From NCBI GenBank assembly GCA_030631665.1, contig DAOVKU010000003.1:1-36402 (forward strand): DNA of 36,402 bases. Reading direction: 5' to 3'. The translations under genes were made by a program, and so were the position numbers. The DNA comes from Candidatus Omnitrophota bacterium (GTDB lineage: Bacteria > Omnitrophota > Gorgyraeia > DAOVKU01). Each line of letters starts with the position of its first letter. The stretch's first letter is position 1. Below are positions 1 through 10,249 of this stretch, one piece after another. Below the pieces are notes generated by a model. It was not told the DNA's origin. It made no database searches and saw nothing but the letters and a program-made list of their open reading frames with translations.

Positions 1-738
1 ACCTTCGGCGGCATAAGGATCTCTTTTAAGAATAGGGGCGCCGGGTCCGAAATTCGCGAGTTCCGGAACGGGTTCTACATATCGCTCTCTCGCATATTCA
101 AACATCTCCTGAAAAGCCTGTTGGTTATCGCTTTTTTCGAGGTCGTAATAACCCCAATTATCGATTATCGCAATATTCATTTTAAGATGTGCCATAATAT
201 CTATATATTCTTTCAATCGTTTCAAGTCCGCCGCGCATATATGCACGCCTCTATATTTAAAACGCGGGTAATCTACTATTTTTACCGCCGGAAGGATTAT
301 CTTATCCTCTTCCTCTTTAAGTAATTGTAGAAAAGTCTGGATGCCGTAAAATGCCCCTGCCGCTTTAGTCCCGTTTATTACAATGTGGTCTTCAAAAACC
401 TCCAACGTGTAAGCTTCTTCACCTAAACCGGCCAGTTCCTTGTCGGATAAACCTAATACTATGCATTTCGAGGTCTTAGAGAAAGCGGACTTCTGCATTC
501 CCATCGCAAAATTAAATTTGCTTTGCAATTCTTCATTTAAATATCTAGCCACAAAAAACATTTCTTCTTCTTTAGTATCGAATAAAATTTTCCAATCGCT
601 TTTGATTTCGATCTCATAATTCTTATTGATAACACTTTGGGGAGCGGGAATTACATTAACAGTATCAGATACCCCGTAGCGCGGAATCCATACAATTAAT
701 AAACAGAGACTTAATAAAAAAATTGTATTTTTAATCAC
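1..738 (-). CDS. Secreted glycoside hydrolase family 20-like (beta-N-acetylhexosaminidase-like) protein, N-terminal part; runs off the left edge
   Basis: Not in the ORF track; translated by hand. The GTG at 738 overlaps the GT9 stop (GTGA) and the frame is open to base 1. It reads MIKNTIFLLSLCLLIVWIP (signal-like)...VIPAPQSV...EEAYTLEV...GAFYGIQTFLQL...IVDYPRFKYRGVH...MAHLKMN...VEPVPEL, matching GH20 domain 2 and the start of the catalytic barrel. Confidence 0.85.
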   Translation of the reverse strand, partial: MIKNTIFLLSLCLLIVWIPRYGVSDTVNVIPAPQSVINKNYEIEIKSDWKILFDTKEEEMFFVARYLNEELQSKFNFAMGMQKSAFSKTSKCIVLGLSDKELAGLGEEAYTLEVFEDHIVINGTKAAGAFYGIQTFLQLLKEEEDKIILPAVKIVDYPRFKYRGVHICAADLKRLKEYIDIMAHLKMNIAIIDNWGYYDLEKSDNQQAFQEMFEYARERYVEPVPELANFGPGAPILKRDPYAAEG

Positions 739-1844
739 TTATTCATCCGTTTTTTTAAAATTGCCTCCGCCGCATTTAGCACGTCCTCTACGACAATAGA
801 AGAAAGGCAGCGATAATCGTTGGTCTTGCATCTAAACCTCTTTCCGGACCAGCTATTCTTTAACTTTGTCTCCTCTAATGTATCCCTAAAGAACGGATAA
901 TAACAGGGGCAGCATTTAAACGATTTTTGTAAAACAATATGGCTTTCTCCCCACGGCCTATGAATCCTCGGATCAGCCGAACCGAAGATGCTTACTGTAG
1001 GTGTTTTTAGGGTTGCTGCTATATGCATTGGGCCAGAATTATTACAAATCAGAATGTCCGCTTTCTGTATCAAGGCGGCTGTCTGCTTAAGCGAGGCCAT
1101 TCCGACAGTGGTTATCGGTTTATGTTTCATTATATGAAGTATCACCTCTTCGCTTGCCTTGTCGCCGGTCCCACCTATCAAAATAACCTTTGCATTAAAT
1201 CTTTCGATCAAATCATCAGCTACTTTAGCGAACCTCTCTAGGGGCCAATTTCTGTAGGCGGCTGTAAAACGCCCCCCACCTGCATGAATAGCAACTATCG
1301 GCTCTTTTTTTTCGATTTTGTTGTTCTTTAAAAAGTCCGAAGAAAATTTTAAGTCTTCCTCGGTTAAATTTAAAATCAACCTTGTATCTGCTCTCAGCGG
1401 ATCTACGTTCAGAAGTTCCAAGAAATCCAAGTTCATTAAAACAGCATGTTTTACCTCTTTTATAGTCATCTGTCGCGTAAAGAGCCAGCGATAGTTATTA
1501 AAAAGACTAAACTCCTGACCAAAGCGTTCTTTCGCGCCGCTGAGATATCCCAGAAAAGCCGAACGCAACCCACTTGGATAAGCACAAATCGACAAATCGA
1601 AGCGTTCCCTCCACAACCTAAATAACATTAGCAGAATATCGTTTATCTTCGTTGGCTCAAATGAAATAATGACATCTACGTGCGGATTCCTTGAAAGGAC
1701 GGCGACATTAGCTTTAAAAGTCAGGACTGTCAGCTTAGAATCCTTGAAATTAGCCTTCAGGTTGGCCAATAAGGGCGTAGTCAAGAGCAGATCGCCAAGG
1801 CCTTGTAGGGAAATTACCAAAATATTTCTGAATTTTTCAGCCAT
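735..1844 (-). CDS. Glycosyltransferase family 9 (heptosyltransferase-like)
   Basis: ILVISLQGLGDLLLTTP, RNWPLERF, NNSGPMHIAA motifs and a C-terminal Cys cluster. Start moved to ATG 1844 (MAEKFRN), which overlaps the upstream stop. Confidence 0.9.
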   Translation of the reverse strand: MAEKFRNILVISLQGLGDLLLTTPLLANLKANFKDSKLTVLTFKANVAVLSRNPHVDVIISFEPTKINDILLMLFRLWRERFDLSICAYPSGLRSAFLGYLSGAKERFGQEFSLFNNYRWLFTRQMTIKEVKHAVLMNLDFLELLNVDPLRADTRLILNLTEEDLKFSSDFLKNNKIEKKEPIVAIHAGGGRFTAAYRNWPLERFAKVADDLIERFNAKVILIGGTGDKASEEVILHIMKHKPITTVGMASLKQTAALIQKADILICNNSGPMHIAATLKTPTVSIFGSADPRIHRPWGESHIVLQKSFKCCPCYYPFFRDTLEETKLKNSWSGKRFRCKTNDYRCLSSIVVEDVLNAAEAILKKRMNK

Positions 1845-2658
1845 CTTGAAATCTTTTATTTTTAAAATACAGGACGCTATTTGTAGCATCCTCTAATACT
1901 AAATCGAAATCGCGATCCATAAGAAACAGGGTGGAATTTTCTTTTGCTTTTCTATTGTGATATTCCAATACTATCCGCTTCGTAATTGACAACATTTTTG
2001 CTTCGGCCCCGCTCAGAACCTCATATTCTTCCCCTTCAACATCTATTTTTACGAGATCTATTTTTCCAATGCTCCTTTCGGCAATAAAGCTATCCAGGGT
2101 CACACAATCGACTTCGATAGATTTTTGCGCATTTACGTTTAATTCTTCTTCGTGCATAACCTTGCCCTCGCCGGTCATGGCGGCGGGAACCAAAAATCCC
2201 ATCTTCCCGTTTTTAGAAGATACGGCCTTTTGCATGGCGATAACATTATTAACTTTGTTTTCTTCCAGATTTTTCAAAAGGCGTGCAAAAACGGTAGGAT
2301 TAGGCTCAAAAGCCCATATTTTGCCTTTCTGCCCTACTCTTTTCGAACTCTTTACCGCATAAAGGCCTATATTGCTTCCGATATCGAGCACGGTATCGCC
2401 TGGTCTAGGCACGAAACCCTCTGCTTTTTCGTTGATGTTTTTAGCATATATCTGCACGTAAGTGCCCAATTCGCCAGAAGAAGCACCAGCCCAAAATATC
2501 ACGTCTTTAAAAACCATTCTGAATTCCCTGCCTTTTAAGTCAATCAAGTGAAGCCTGTTAAAGATATTTAAAAAAAGATAAGACAAAAAACCAATTTTAC
2601 CTTTAAGGCCTTTCCCAGCGAAAAAAAGTATTATAGTATTCTCTAGGTGATTAAGCAT
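1837..2658 (-). CDS. FkbM family methyltransferase
   Basis: VLDIGSNIGLY, AFEPNP, IDLVKIDVEGEE and LEYH motifs. Confidence 0.92.
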   Translation of the reverse strand: MLNHLENTIILFFAGKGLKGKIGFLSYLFLNIFNRLHLIDLKGREFRMVFKDVIFWAGASSGELGTYVQIYAKNINEKAEGFVPRPGDTVLDIGSNIGLYAVKSSKRVGQKGKIWAFEPNPTVFARLLKNLEENKVNNVIAMQKAVSSKNGKMGFLVPAAMTGEGKVMHEEELNVNAQKSIEVDCVTLDSFIAERSIGKIDLVKIDVEGEEYEVLSGAEAKMLSITKRIVLEYHNRKAKENSTLFLMDRDFDLVLEDATNSVLYFKNKRFQDG

Positions 2659-3817
2659 TCGGTTGATTTTCCCTCAAAAGTTTAATATATAGCTCTTCGT
2701 ATCTCTTGGTAGTTGCGGTGATAGAAAAATTATTTTCGACGAATTTCCTAGCGTTCTCCGCTAGGGCATCTGAGTAATGCCTATCATTAACCAAATTCAA
2801 TATTGCCTTTTCTATCTCGGCTACATTCCTCGACTCAACTAATATCCCTGTCTTCCCGTGTTCAATAACTGTCGGGATTCCTCCGACATTACTGGCAACA
2901 ACGGGTTTTCCGGCAGCCATCGCCTCTAAAAGAGCTAATGGTAACCCCTCTGTCAGGGAAGGCATAACAAACACGTCTAAAACAGAGAAAATCTTATCTA
3001 CATCTTCTCGGTAACCGGTAAAGATAACCTTATCGCTTATATTCAATTCCTTAGCGTAATCGATAAGGTTATTCTTTACATCACCTTCACCGACGATGAC
3101 GAAACTAACATCGCGCTTCTTGACTTTTATTTTAGAAGCCGCTTCCAAAAGATAGGTAATGCCTTTCTCGCTGCTTAGACGCCCTACAGAGCCAATAACG
3201 AAGTCTTCCTTCTTAATACCGAGTTCCTTCCTCACCCCTTCCCTCTCCGCTTTCATATCAAAATGACTTACATCTATGCCGTTCTGAATAACCTCCAATT
3301 TTGAGGGATTAATTTTTCTCTTTACCAAATTGCCGTATATCTGCGACGAAACAGCTACTACCCTATCAAAAAATTTAAGGATGCTCGTGTCGATAAAATC
3401 ATAAAATTTAAGTTTAAGAGTATCCGGCCACCATCCATGGTATGTGCTTACTAACCTAACTTTTGTTAGTTTTGAAGTTAAAAAACCTATTACGTCTGCC
3501 TTGTAACCATGGCAATGAAGAATATCGATATTGTGCTCCCGCAATAGCTTCCTCAAGCGGAATACTGCGCATATACCAAACCGCCATTTTAGATAAATAA
3601 CCTCTGTAGCTATACCTGACTTTTTCGCTTCAACTATAAGCGGCGGCGGAGCATCTGCTCTTGGGTCTTTAAAACATATTAAAACACAATAGAATTTATC
3701 CTTATCCGCTTTCCGGACAAGCGCCAAAGCTACAGCCTCTCCGCCATAAATCTTATCGAGCCAGCCAGTCACTAAATGCATGACCCTTATTTTATTTTGC
3801 TGATTAACGTTTCCCAT
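2651..3817 (-). CDS. Glycosyltransferase family 4 (GT-B)
   Basis: GG loop, NGID, VGRLSSEKG, PSLTEGLPLALLEAMAAGKPVVASNVGG (EX7E). Confidence 0.93.
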   Translation of the reverse strand: MGNVNQQNKIRVMHLVTGWLDKIYGGEAVALALVRKADKDKFYCVLICFKDPRADAPPPLIVEAKKSGIATEVIYLKWRFGICAVFRLRKLLREHNIDILHCHGYKADVIGFLTSKLTKVRLVSTYHGWWPDTLKLKFYDFIDTSILKFFDRVVAVSSQIYGNLVKRKINPSKLEVIQNGIDVSHFDMKAEREGVRKELGIKKEDFVIGSVGRLSSEKGITYLLEAASKIKVKKRDVSFVIVGEGDVKNNLIDYAKELNISDKVIFTGYREDVDKIFSVLDVFVMPSLTEGLPLALLEAMAAGKPVVASNVGGIPTVIEHGKTGILVESRNVAEIEKAILNLVNDRHYSDALAENARKFVENNFSITATTKRYEELYIKLLRENQPNA

Positions 3818-3823
3818 TTTGCC

Positions 3824-4915
3824 TTATTTTACTTCCTGATTTAAATAGACCCTTGCGGCCTGAGAAAAAGTCAGATTAGCATTAAAATGGCAACAGTACT
3901 TGCATATATTAAACAACCTCTTTCTCAGCGAAACCCTAAGGTCGTCTGCCTTTTTACTATTCCATGCCTGCCTTACGCCTTCTTTTGAGGCGTTGCCTAA
4001 ACTATAATTCTTCAGCATCGCGCATGGATGAAGGTTACCGTATGGATCGATGTGAAGATCTGTGTTTATAACATAACATTTTTTTATCGGAAAATGTCCC
4101 TTCGTCAATGGCGCCGCCGGAAGGCAGCGTAACGTCCTTATAGAGAAATTACATATCTTCCTTTTTAATATCTGGTTAATCTTATCGCGCATGATTTGCG
4201 CGCCTTTTTCATCAAGAAGGTAAGAGTTGGATTGCGGAATAAATTGCCTGCTTCCGATGTTCACATTATTAAAAACCTCTTTAGCAACGATCTTTTCGCT
4301 TGTCTCAGTGATATACTGAAAATTTACGTCGTCGATATCTAATTCCTCATATAAATCGGCTATCTCATTAAGGTATTCCACGTTTAAAGAGCATACGGTA
4401 GCGTGTATTGCTATTTTAGGCAGGGCACTTCGCTTTTCGCTTCGCGCTGTAATAAGATTTCTAATGCCGGCTGTTGCTTTTTCGTAAACGCCGCTAACCC
4501 CTCTTATCTTATCGTGTATCTCCTTCGGGCCATCTATTGAAACAGTGACTCTGTCTAATCCGCTTTCAACCAAACGTTTTGCTCTTTCTGGGTCTATTAG
4601 TACCCCATTAGTCAAAAGCAAGCACCTCATTCCCTTTTTCTTAATATGTGCTATAATTTCGAATATATCTTTTCTGATTAAGGGCTCGGCTCCCACCAGC
4701 GTTGCATAACTTACACCAATTTCTTTGAGTTCGTCTATTATTCTGACCCATTCATTTACAGATAATTCATCCATTTTTTCTCTTGCTAATCCTTTTCTAA
4801 AACCACAAAATTTGCAAGAAAGATTGCATTTGTACGTAACTTCTAAATGAGCAAAGACGGGCTTCTTTAAATAATAATTTATCTCCCTGCAAATAGCCCT
4901 TTTGAGTTTATCCAT
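3824..4915 (-). CDS. Radical SAM protein with SPASM/twitch domain
   Basis: CNLSCKFC (CX3CX2C), GAEPL, TNG, SIDG..HDKIRG; C-terminal C...IDPYGNLHPC...CKYCC. Confidence 0.92.
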   Translation of the reverse strand: MDKLKRAICREINYYLKKPVFAHLEVTYKCNLSCKFCGFRKGLAREKMDELSVNEWVRIIDELKEIGVSYATLVGAEPLIRKDIFEIIAHIKKKGMRCLLLTNGVLIDPERAKRLVESGLDRVTVSIDGPKEIHDKIRGVSGVYEKATAGIRNLITARSEKRSALPKIAIHATVCSLNVEYLNEIADLYEELDIDDVNFQYITETSEKIVAKEVFNNVNIGSRQFIPQSNSYLLDEKGAQIMRDKINQILKRKICNFSIRTLRCLPAAPLTKGHFPIKKCYVINTDLHIDPYGNLHPCAMLKNYSLGNASKEGVRQAWNSKKADDLRVSLRKRLFNICKYCCHFNANLTFSQAARVYLNQEVK

Positions 4916-5382
4916 TTTGTAAGTCCCCCCTTCTTTATTGAAAATAATCGTTTTGTCACGACGGCTAACGGCAAACTCTCACTTAATGATGGTAAAACAA
5001 ATATATCCATGGCAGCAATAAAATCATGAACATCATGCCTGAAACCGGTAAAAATTACTCTTTTTTTAATTTTTAACTTGTTAGTCATTTCAATAAGCTT
5101 TTTTTGAAGCGGACCGCCGCCAGCAATCAATAAGACCACACTAAGAATATCTTTAATTGCCGCTAAAAGATATTTATATCCTTTTTCTTTACTAAGTCGG
5201 TCGGCTGTTCCCACTATTAGAGGAAGGCCTGATTTTCTAACTTTCTTGAAGCTAACAAGCCAGGATACAAATTTATTTTTATCTAAATATTTAAATAAAT
5301 TTAAAATTACTAAATCTCCACCGAAAGGACTTTCCAGGCGGCTACTGATTAAATGGGCTATTCTTATTTTTTCTACTATCAT
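4879..5382 (-). pseudogene. Internally deleted GT4 glycosyltransferase remnant, a paralog of 2651..3817
   Basis: The N-terminus aligns with the neighbouring GT4 up to PLIV, then jumps to GTADRLSKEKG. It lacks about 145 aa, the LLEAMAAGKP segment and the C-terminus. Confidence 0.8.
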
Positions 5383-5400
5383 TTTATCGTCCTTGGGTTT

Positions 5401-6783
5401 CTACGATTCGTCAGAAAATTTTTTCATAACGACAGCCAATGGCAAAATAATCCACAACATTGTTAAAAAAGCCTGTGTCAAAAAAACAGCACAAACTAAA
5501 TAACCAAGAAGCCCCAATCTTAAACTAAGAGCTAAGTCTGACAATAAAAAGTCCTTTTTTTTCTGAAAATTACTTCCTGCTTTTTTTAAATCCTGCCAGC
5601 TAAAAAACAAAAGCAAAAGAAAAAATATCAATCCAAAAATTCCTGTTTCAGCACCTATTTGCAAGTAAGCATTATGTGAAAATCGAGCAACGCGTGTTTT
5701 AATATCCGAAGCCGTAAAGGCTCTTTCTACATACTCATATTGAAATACGTTTAGACCTATACCTCTAAAGGGATGGTCTTTCATCATTTGCAAACCCACT
5801 TTCCAAATTTCAAGTCGACTATTAATAGATGGGTCGCTCAAATCAAAAACACTTTTGGCTCGAGCCCAATATTGCACAGGAATAAAAGGAACTATGCCTA
5901 ATAAAAATACCGATAATAGAACTACCGCAAGTATTTTCCTTTTATGCTTAAAACCAAACCACAAAACAGAACTAGCCAATACAAAAATTAAAGCAACCAT
6001 GCCTCCTCGAGAATATGTAAAGACTACATTTAATATGAGTAAAACAAAAATTAATATCAATAGTGTTCTAGTAATGACATTGCGGTAATTAAAAAACAAT
6101 GCAAATACTAAAGGTATTAAAATTACTAAATGCATAGCATAATCATTGGGATCAAAGGCTGTTCCTCTAATTCTTATAACACCTTCTCCGTAATCCACAC
6201 CGATTCCATGAGCATATTGATATATGCCTATCAGGCAAGCAGCTAGTCCTAAAATTACCAGTCCCCAAATTAATATTAAAAATTTTTTCTTAGTTTTGAC
6301 TAAGTTAACAACCAAAAAATAGAGAATTAAAAGCTTGATAAACTCTAAAAAACCGTAAAAAGAATAATCAAAATATCGAAGAGTGGAAATAAAAAGAGTT
6401 GTTCCAAAAAGGAAAATAATTATATTCTGTTTAGTTTTTACTATTTTAAAATCGCGATAAACAATAATATGAAACAGCCATATGAACAAAACTCCAAAGG
6501 CTAAATTTCTTGATAAATGAAGTGGCCCTAAAACATCCGCAAAAAACTCTACCGGATGAAGCAAGGAACCAATCAAAAAAGCTAAAAGTCCAAAATAAGG
6601 GTCAAAAAAGATAGCAACTAAAAACGCGAAAGAAAAAAAAGCTAAAAGCGCAAAATACCAAGGAATAAAAAGCACCGATAAACCTAACAAAAATGCCATT
6701 CCAATAATTGCAATTTTAATCAGTATTGGTAGTTCTATAATAGGGCGTTCTTCTAAATATGATTTATCTTTCTCTCTAATCAT
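5401..6783 (-). CDS. O-antigen ligase/polymerase (Wzy_C) family membrane protein
   Basis: Many TM segments; GTAFDPNDYA, TYSRGG, SRLEIW, HPFRGIG, HNAYLQIGAETG motifs. Confidence 0.88.
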   Translation of the reverse strand: MIREKDKSYLEERPIIELPILIKIAIIGMAFLLGLSVLFIPWYFALLAFFSFAFLVAIFFDPYFGLLAFLIGSLLHPVEFFADVLGPLHLSRNLAFGVLFIWLFHIIVYRDFKIVKTKQNIIIFLFGTTLFISTLRYFDYSFYGFLEFIKLLILYFLVVNLVKTKKKFLILIWGLVILGLAACLIGIYQYAHGIGVDYGEGVIRIRGTAFDPNDYAMHLVILIPLVFALFFNYRNVITRTLLILIFVLLILNVVFTYSRGGMVALIFVLASSVLWFGFKHKRKILAVVLLSVFLLGIVPFIPVQYWARAKSVFDLSDPSINSRLEIWKVGLQMMKDHPFRGIGLNVFQYEYVERAFTASDIKTRVARFSHNAYLQIGAETGIFGLIFFLLLLFFSWQDLKKAGSNFQKKKDFLLSDLALSLRLGLLGYLVCAVFLTQAFLTMLWIILPLAVVMKKFSDES

Positions 6784-7958
6784 TCTTTTTTAAACTTTTC
6801 CTGGCTTTCAATATGATTTATTAACGTTCTGAATAAATTTCCCCAAGAATAATCTCTAACTACTTCTAATCGTTTCTCTCTCAAGCTTAACTGATTCTCA
6901 CCTAGTGCTTCATCTATTAAATTAATAAAATCTTCTTTGCTGTGTGCAAACATGATTATTCCCTCGAATTGTCTTATGGCTGGCATATCTACAGAAACAA
7001 CCGGTTTGCCTGCTGCTAAATACTCATATACTTTCAAAGGATTAACCCTTTTTGCTAACTCATTCAGTCTGAAAGGATTCAGACAAACATCTAAACCTTT
7101 CAGATAATTAGGCAGCACGCGAAGGTTTTTTCGTCCCAAAAAATATATATTCTTTGGCTCCTTTAATAAAGCCAATTTGTTCTGTGTCATAATAGGGCCT
7201 ATCAAAACTAATGACCACTCAGGTTTAGATTTAGCAATATAGAGAATTAAATCCAAATCAATCCAATCAGCAATTCCGCCTATATAACCAATTCTTGGCT
7301 GAGGTATTGCCTGAAGTTCGCTGGGTATGGCAGTTTCCTCTTCACCTGCCTTACTAAAATGTTTTATATCTACTCCGTTAGGAATAATAAAAATATTTTT
7401 ATTTAAATGCTTTTTATCGTCATATAACTCCTTAGTTGTCACAAAGACCATATCTACTTTTTTAATTAGCCTTATCTCCATTCTTCTTATCAATCGTTTG
7501 TTTACATTGGGATAGGCCGAATGCTCATCCACGCAATCATAAATTGCCAGTTTTTCAGAGAAGGCACCTATCAACTTATCTGAAGAAGGAGTGTATGTCC
7601 AAAAGATTGGGTTATTTAGAGTCAGTTTTCTCTGCGCGCTTTTAATTTCCTGTCTCAAAATTAATTGATTCCATAAAGAAATTATCTCAAAACGCCCAAA
7701 TGGAATTTTAACCGCAGGTGTCAAAATATATAAATTTTCTGAAACTTTCTTCAGTTTACTGAATGGATTTGATTTTGCTCTATTTAATGCTTCGCTAACT
7801 TTAGCATAAACAGACCTGCCACGAGCAAAACAAATAGGTTCGACATAGAGTACTTTGTTGCCCTCTTTCGCCAGCATATTCATAAAACGCTGTTTTCTGG
7901 TCCAAAGGTCATCCCAGCACATTGTAGATACACAAATTATATTTTCATTTTTTAACAT
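6780..7958 (-). CDS. Glycosyltransferase (GT-B, TuaH-like)
   Basis: WDDLWTRKQ, YDCVDEH, PNGVD, NPLKVYEYLAAGKPVVS. Confidence 0.88.
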   Translation of the reverse strand: MLKNENIICVSTMCWDDLWTRKQRFMNMLAKEGNKVLYVEPICFARGRSVYAKVSEALNRAKSNPFSKLKKVSENLYILTPAVKIPFGRFEIISLWNQLILRQEIKSAQRKLTLNNPIFWTYTPSSDKLIGAFSEKLAIYDCVDEHSAYPNVNKRLIRRMEIRLIKKVDMVFVTTKELYDDKKHLNKNIFIIPNGVDIKHFSKAGEEETAIPSELQAIPQPRIGYIGGIADWIDLDLILYIAKSKPEWSLVLIGPIMTQNKLALLKEPKNIYFLGRKNLRVLPNYLKGLDVCLNPFRLNELAKRVNPLKVYEYLAAGKPVVSVDMPAIRQFEGIIMFAHSKEDFINLIDEALGENQLSLREKRLEVVRDYSWGNLFRTLINHIESQEKFKKE

Positions 7959-8090
7959 ATCAATTCTCTTTAGTTAAATTAGTTAAAATTTCTCTTAAAG
8001 ACAAATTTTGTACCTCGCATTCATAATAATTTTATTATCAATTTTATAAATATGGTGCGTTTTGTCCCAATAATTGCCTCCATTAATTTA

Positions 8091-9401
8091 TCATTTAGTC
8101 TGTAATTTTGACATTATTCTAAAATATACATCAGTATAAATTTTAAAATCACTCTTTTTTATCAATAGTGTATCAATTAAACTACTTCCTGAAATCTTCA
8201 AAAATGCCCTAAGGATTATGCCTGCTCCTACAAAATAGGCAATGCTAGAAGCAAAAGCTGCTCCACTAATACCCCATTTAGGAATAAGAAATAAATTTAG
8301 CATTATATTTATAACCAAGGATGCAAGTGCAGCATAAGTATTAATAATTGGCTTGCCCCTACCAATTATGTCGCTGGCCAATACCTTAGGGATACTAAAA
8401 ATCACTATACCTGGCAATAATATACATAGAGGCTTAACAGACGGGAGATATGCTCGTCCATATAAAGAAAAAATAAAAAATCTACTTAAAATAAAAAGAA
8501 CCAAGGCCATTCCTGTAGTAATAAAAAAAGTATGCCTACATATTACTGGAGTTAATTTATTAGCCTCTTTTGCGTCTAATGAAGATATCTTGGGCAACAA
8601 AACTATGGCCATTGTGCTCGAAATATGCCAAAGCATCTCGGCACCCACTACAGCAATAGAATAATATCCCAAATACATTGCTCCTAAAAAGTACATGACT
8701 AAAAACATATCTAACCGATAATTAAGGAATTGCGCAATATTACCAAGATGTCCTTTAATCCCAAAAACAAGTGAGTCTTTTAATAATTTAAAATTAAGGC
8801 TCATTTTTATTCTTATTAATTTATTAACCCAGAAAATAGAAATAAAACTTGTTAAAACTGCAGCTAATACATATGATAAAACAGCGCCAAATACACCTTG
8901 TCGTAAAATAATTAATGCTATTATGAGAAATCCGAGCAAAAAAGTAGTTTGTAGAATATCTAACAAATTATATCTTTTTATATTATTTTTACCTAATAAT
9001 ATATATTTAAAATATATTACAAGCAAACTGAATGGTATCGCGCAATGGGCAATAAATATATTTATAAAATTTATTTCTTTTAAAAAAAGAGGGTGAGTAT
9101 ACTTAATAAATATTAAAGCAAAAGTTGAAAGAAGAGTTCCTAAAAAGAAAGCTAAAATTAATGAATTTGAAGTAATATTAGATAATTTATATTTCCCTTT
9201 GCCGATAAAATATACATTTGCTGTCCCTACACCTAGGTTTCCCAAGTTTATTATTAAAAGAGGAATTAAAATAATAAATGAATATTCACCTTTACCTACT
9301 GGACCTAGTATTCGCGCTGTAATTATGCTTATAAAAACACTTATAATAAATAGTGCTATGCGTGCTGATAATGTTATAATGCTACTTTTAATTAGGCCCA
9401 A
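8091..9401 (-). CDS. wzx: Wzx-type oligosaccharide flippase
   Basis: ARILGPVGKGEY, NYRLD, GYYSIA, LIPKWGISGAAFAS; about 12 TM segments; TTG start after AGGAG. Confidence 0.9.
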   Translation of the reverse strand: MGLIKSSIITLSARIALFIISVFISIITARILGPVGKGEYSFIILIPLLIINLGNLGVGTANVYFIGKGKYKLSNITSNSLILAFFLGTLLSTFALIFIKYTHPLFLKEINFINIFIAHCAIPFSLLVIYFKYILLGKNNIKRYNLLDILQTTFLLGFLIIALIILRQGVFGAVLSYVLAAVLTSFISIFWVNKLIRIKMSLNFKLLKDSLVFGIKGHLGNIAQFLNYRLDMFLVMYFLGAMYLGYYSIAVVGAEMLWHISSTMAIVLLPKISSLDAKEANKLTPVICRHTFFITTGMALVLFILSRFFIFSLYGRAYLPSVKPLCILLPGIVIFSIPKVLASDIIGRGKPIINTYAALASLVINIMLNLFLIPKWGISGAAFASSIAYFVGAGIILRAFLKISGSSLIDTLLIKKSDFKIYTDVYFRIMSKLQTK

Positions 9402-9427
9402 TTATATGCTCCTATATATTTTAATAT

Positions 9428-10249
9428 TTATTTCTCACAGACAGCTAGTAAATCTAAAGAATTTCTTATATTTATCTTTGATACAGTGAAATCTTCCAAA
9501 TCAACATTAGAGAGAGGTGTTGATATGCCTATTATTTTTGAAATGCCTCTAGTTATCAACATTCTTATTTCTTTAGGAATTAAATTTTTAACTTGATAAA
9601 TAGTTAATTTTCTAAGCCTACGGATAAAGCTACGATATTTAAATCTAGACAATTCTTTCTTTTTTATTCTTGCGTTACCCTGGATACCATATAACTCAAC
9701 TGTATTAAAATATATTTGCAGTAATTTATGCAATTCTTTTACAGAAAATTCTTGGATATGAAATGGATTAAAGGGGACATCACCAAGAACTAGACGCGTT
9801 TCTTTGTTTGGTGTAGATATAATACAAAATCCACCAGGTTTTAATACCCGCTGGATTTCGGCTAAACATTTATTATAATCTCTTATATGTTCAATAGCCT
9901 GAAAAAAACAGACTACATCAAAAAAATTATTTGGAAAAGATAAATTTATCGCATCCATCTTCATAAATTCTATGTTATTTTTCTTATAATTAGACTTCGC
10001 ATGTTCTATTGTTTCCCCAGAAAAATCTATGCCAATAATTTTTTTCGCATACTTAGATAAATAATTTGAACCGTATCCTTCACCACATCCTATATCTAAG
10101 ACAACTTTATTTAAGACAAAGGATTTACTAAAATTATATGCTACTAACTGACGATAATAAGACTCTTGATATTTTTTAAGTCCTGGAACTACCCTTTCAT
10201 CGCCCCATTTGCTTGCTAATTGTTCTTTATAGTTATTTATTCTTTTCAT
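9428..10249 (-). CDS. Class I SAM-dependent methyltransferase
   Basis: VLDIGCGEGYG, FDVV, IEH, RVLKPGG, STPN, NPFH. Confidence 0.92.
   Translation of the reverse strand: MKRINNYKEQLASKWGDERVVPGLKKYQESYYRQLVAYNFSKSFVLNKVVLDIGCGEGYGSNYLSKYAKKIIGIDFSGETIEHAKSNYKKNNIEFMKMDAINLSFPNNFFDVVCFFQAIEHIRDYNKCLAEIQRVLKPGGFCIISTPNKETRLVLGDVPFNPFHIQEFSVKELHKLLQIYFNTVELYGIQGNARIKKKELSRFKYRSFIRRLRKLTIYQVKNLIPKEIRMLITRGISKIIGISTPLSNVDLEDFTVSKINIRNSLDLLAVCEK

Noticed and set aside
8046-8085. GGAGG followed by an 8-codon TTG mini-ORF after wzx
   Set aside because: Too short to call; it could be a deletion scar but nothing supports that.
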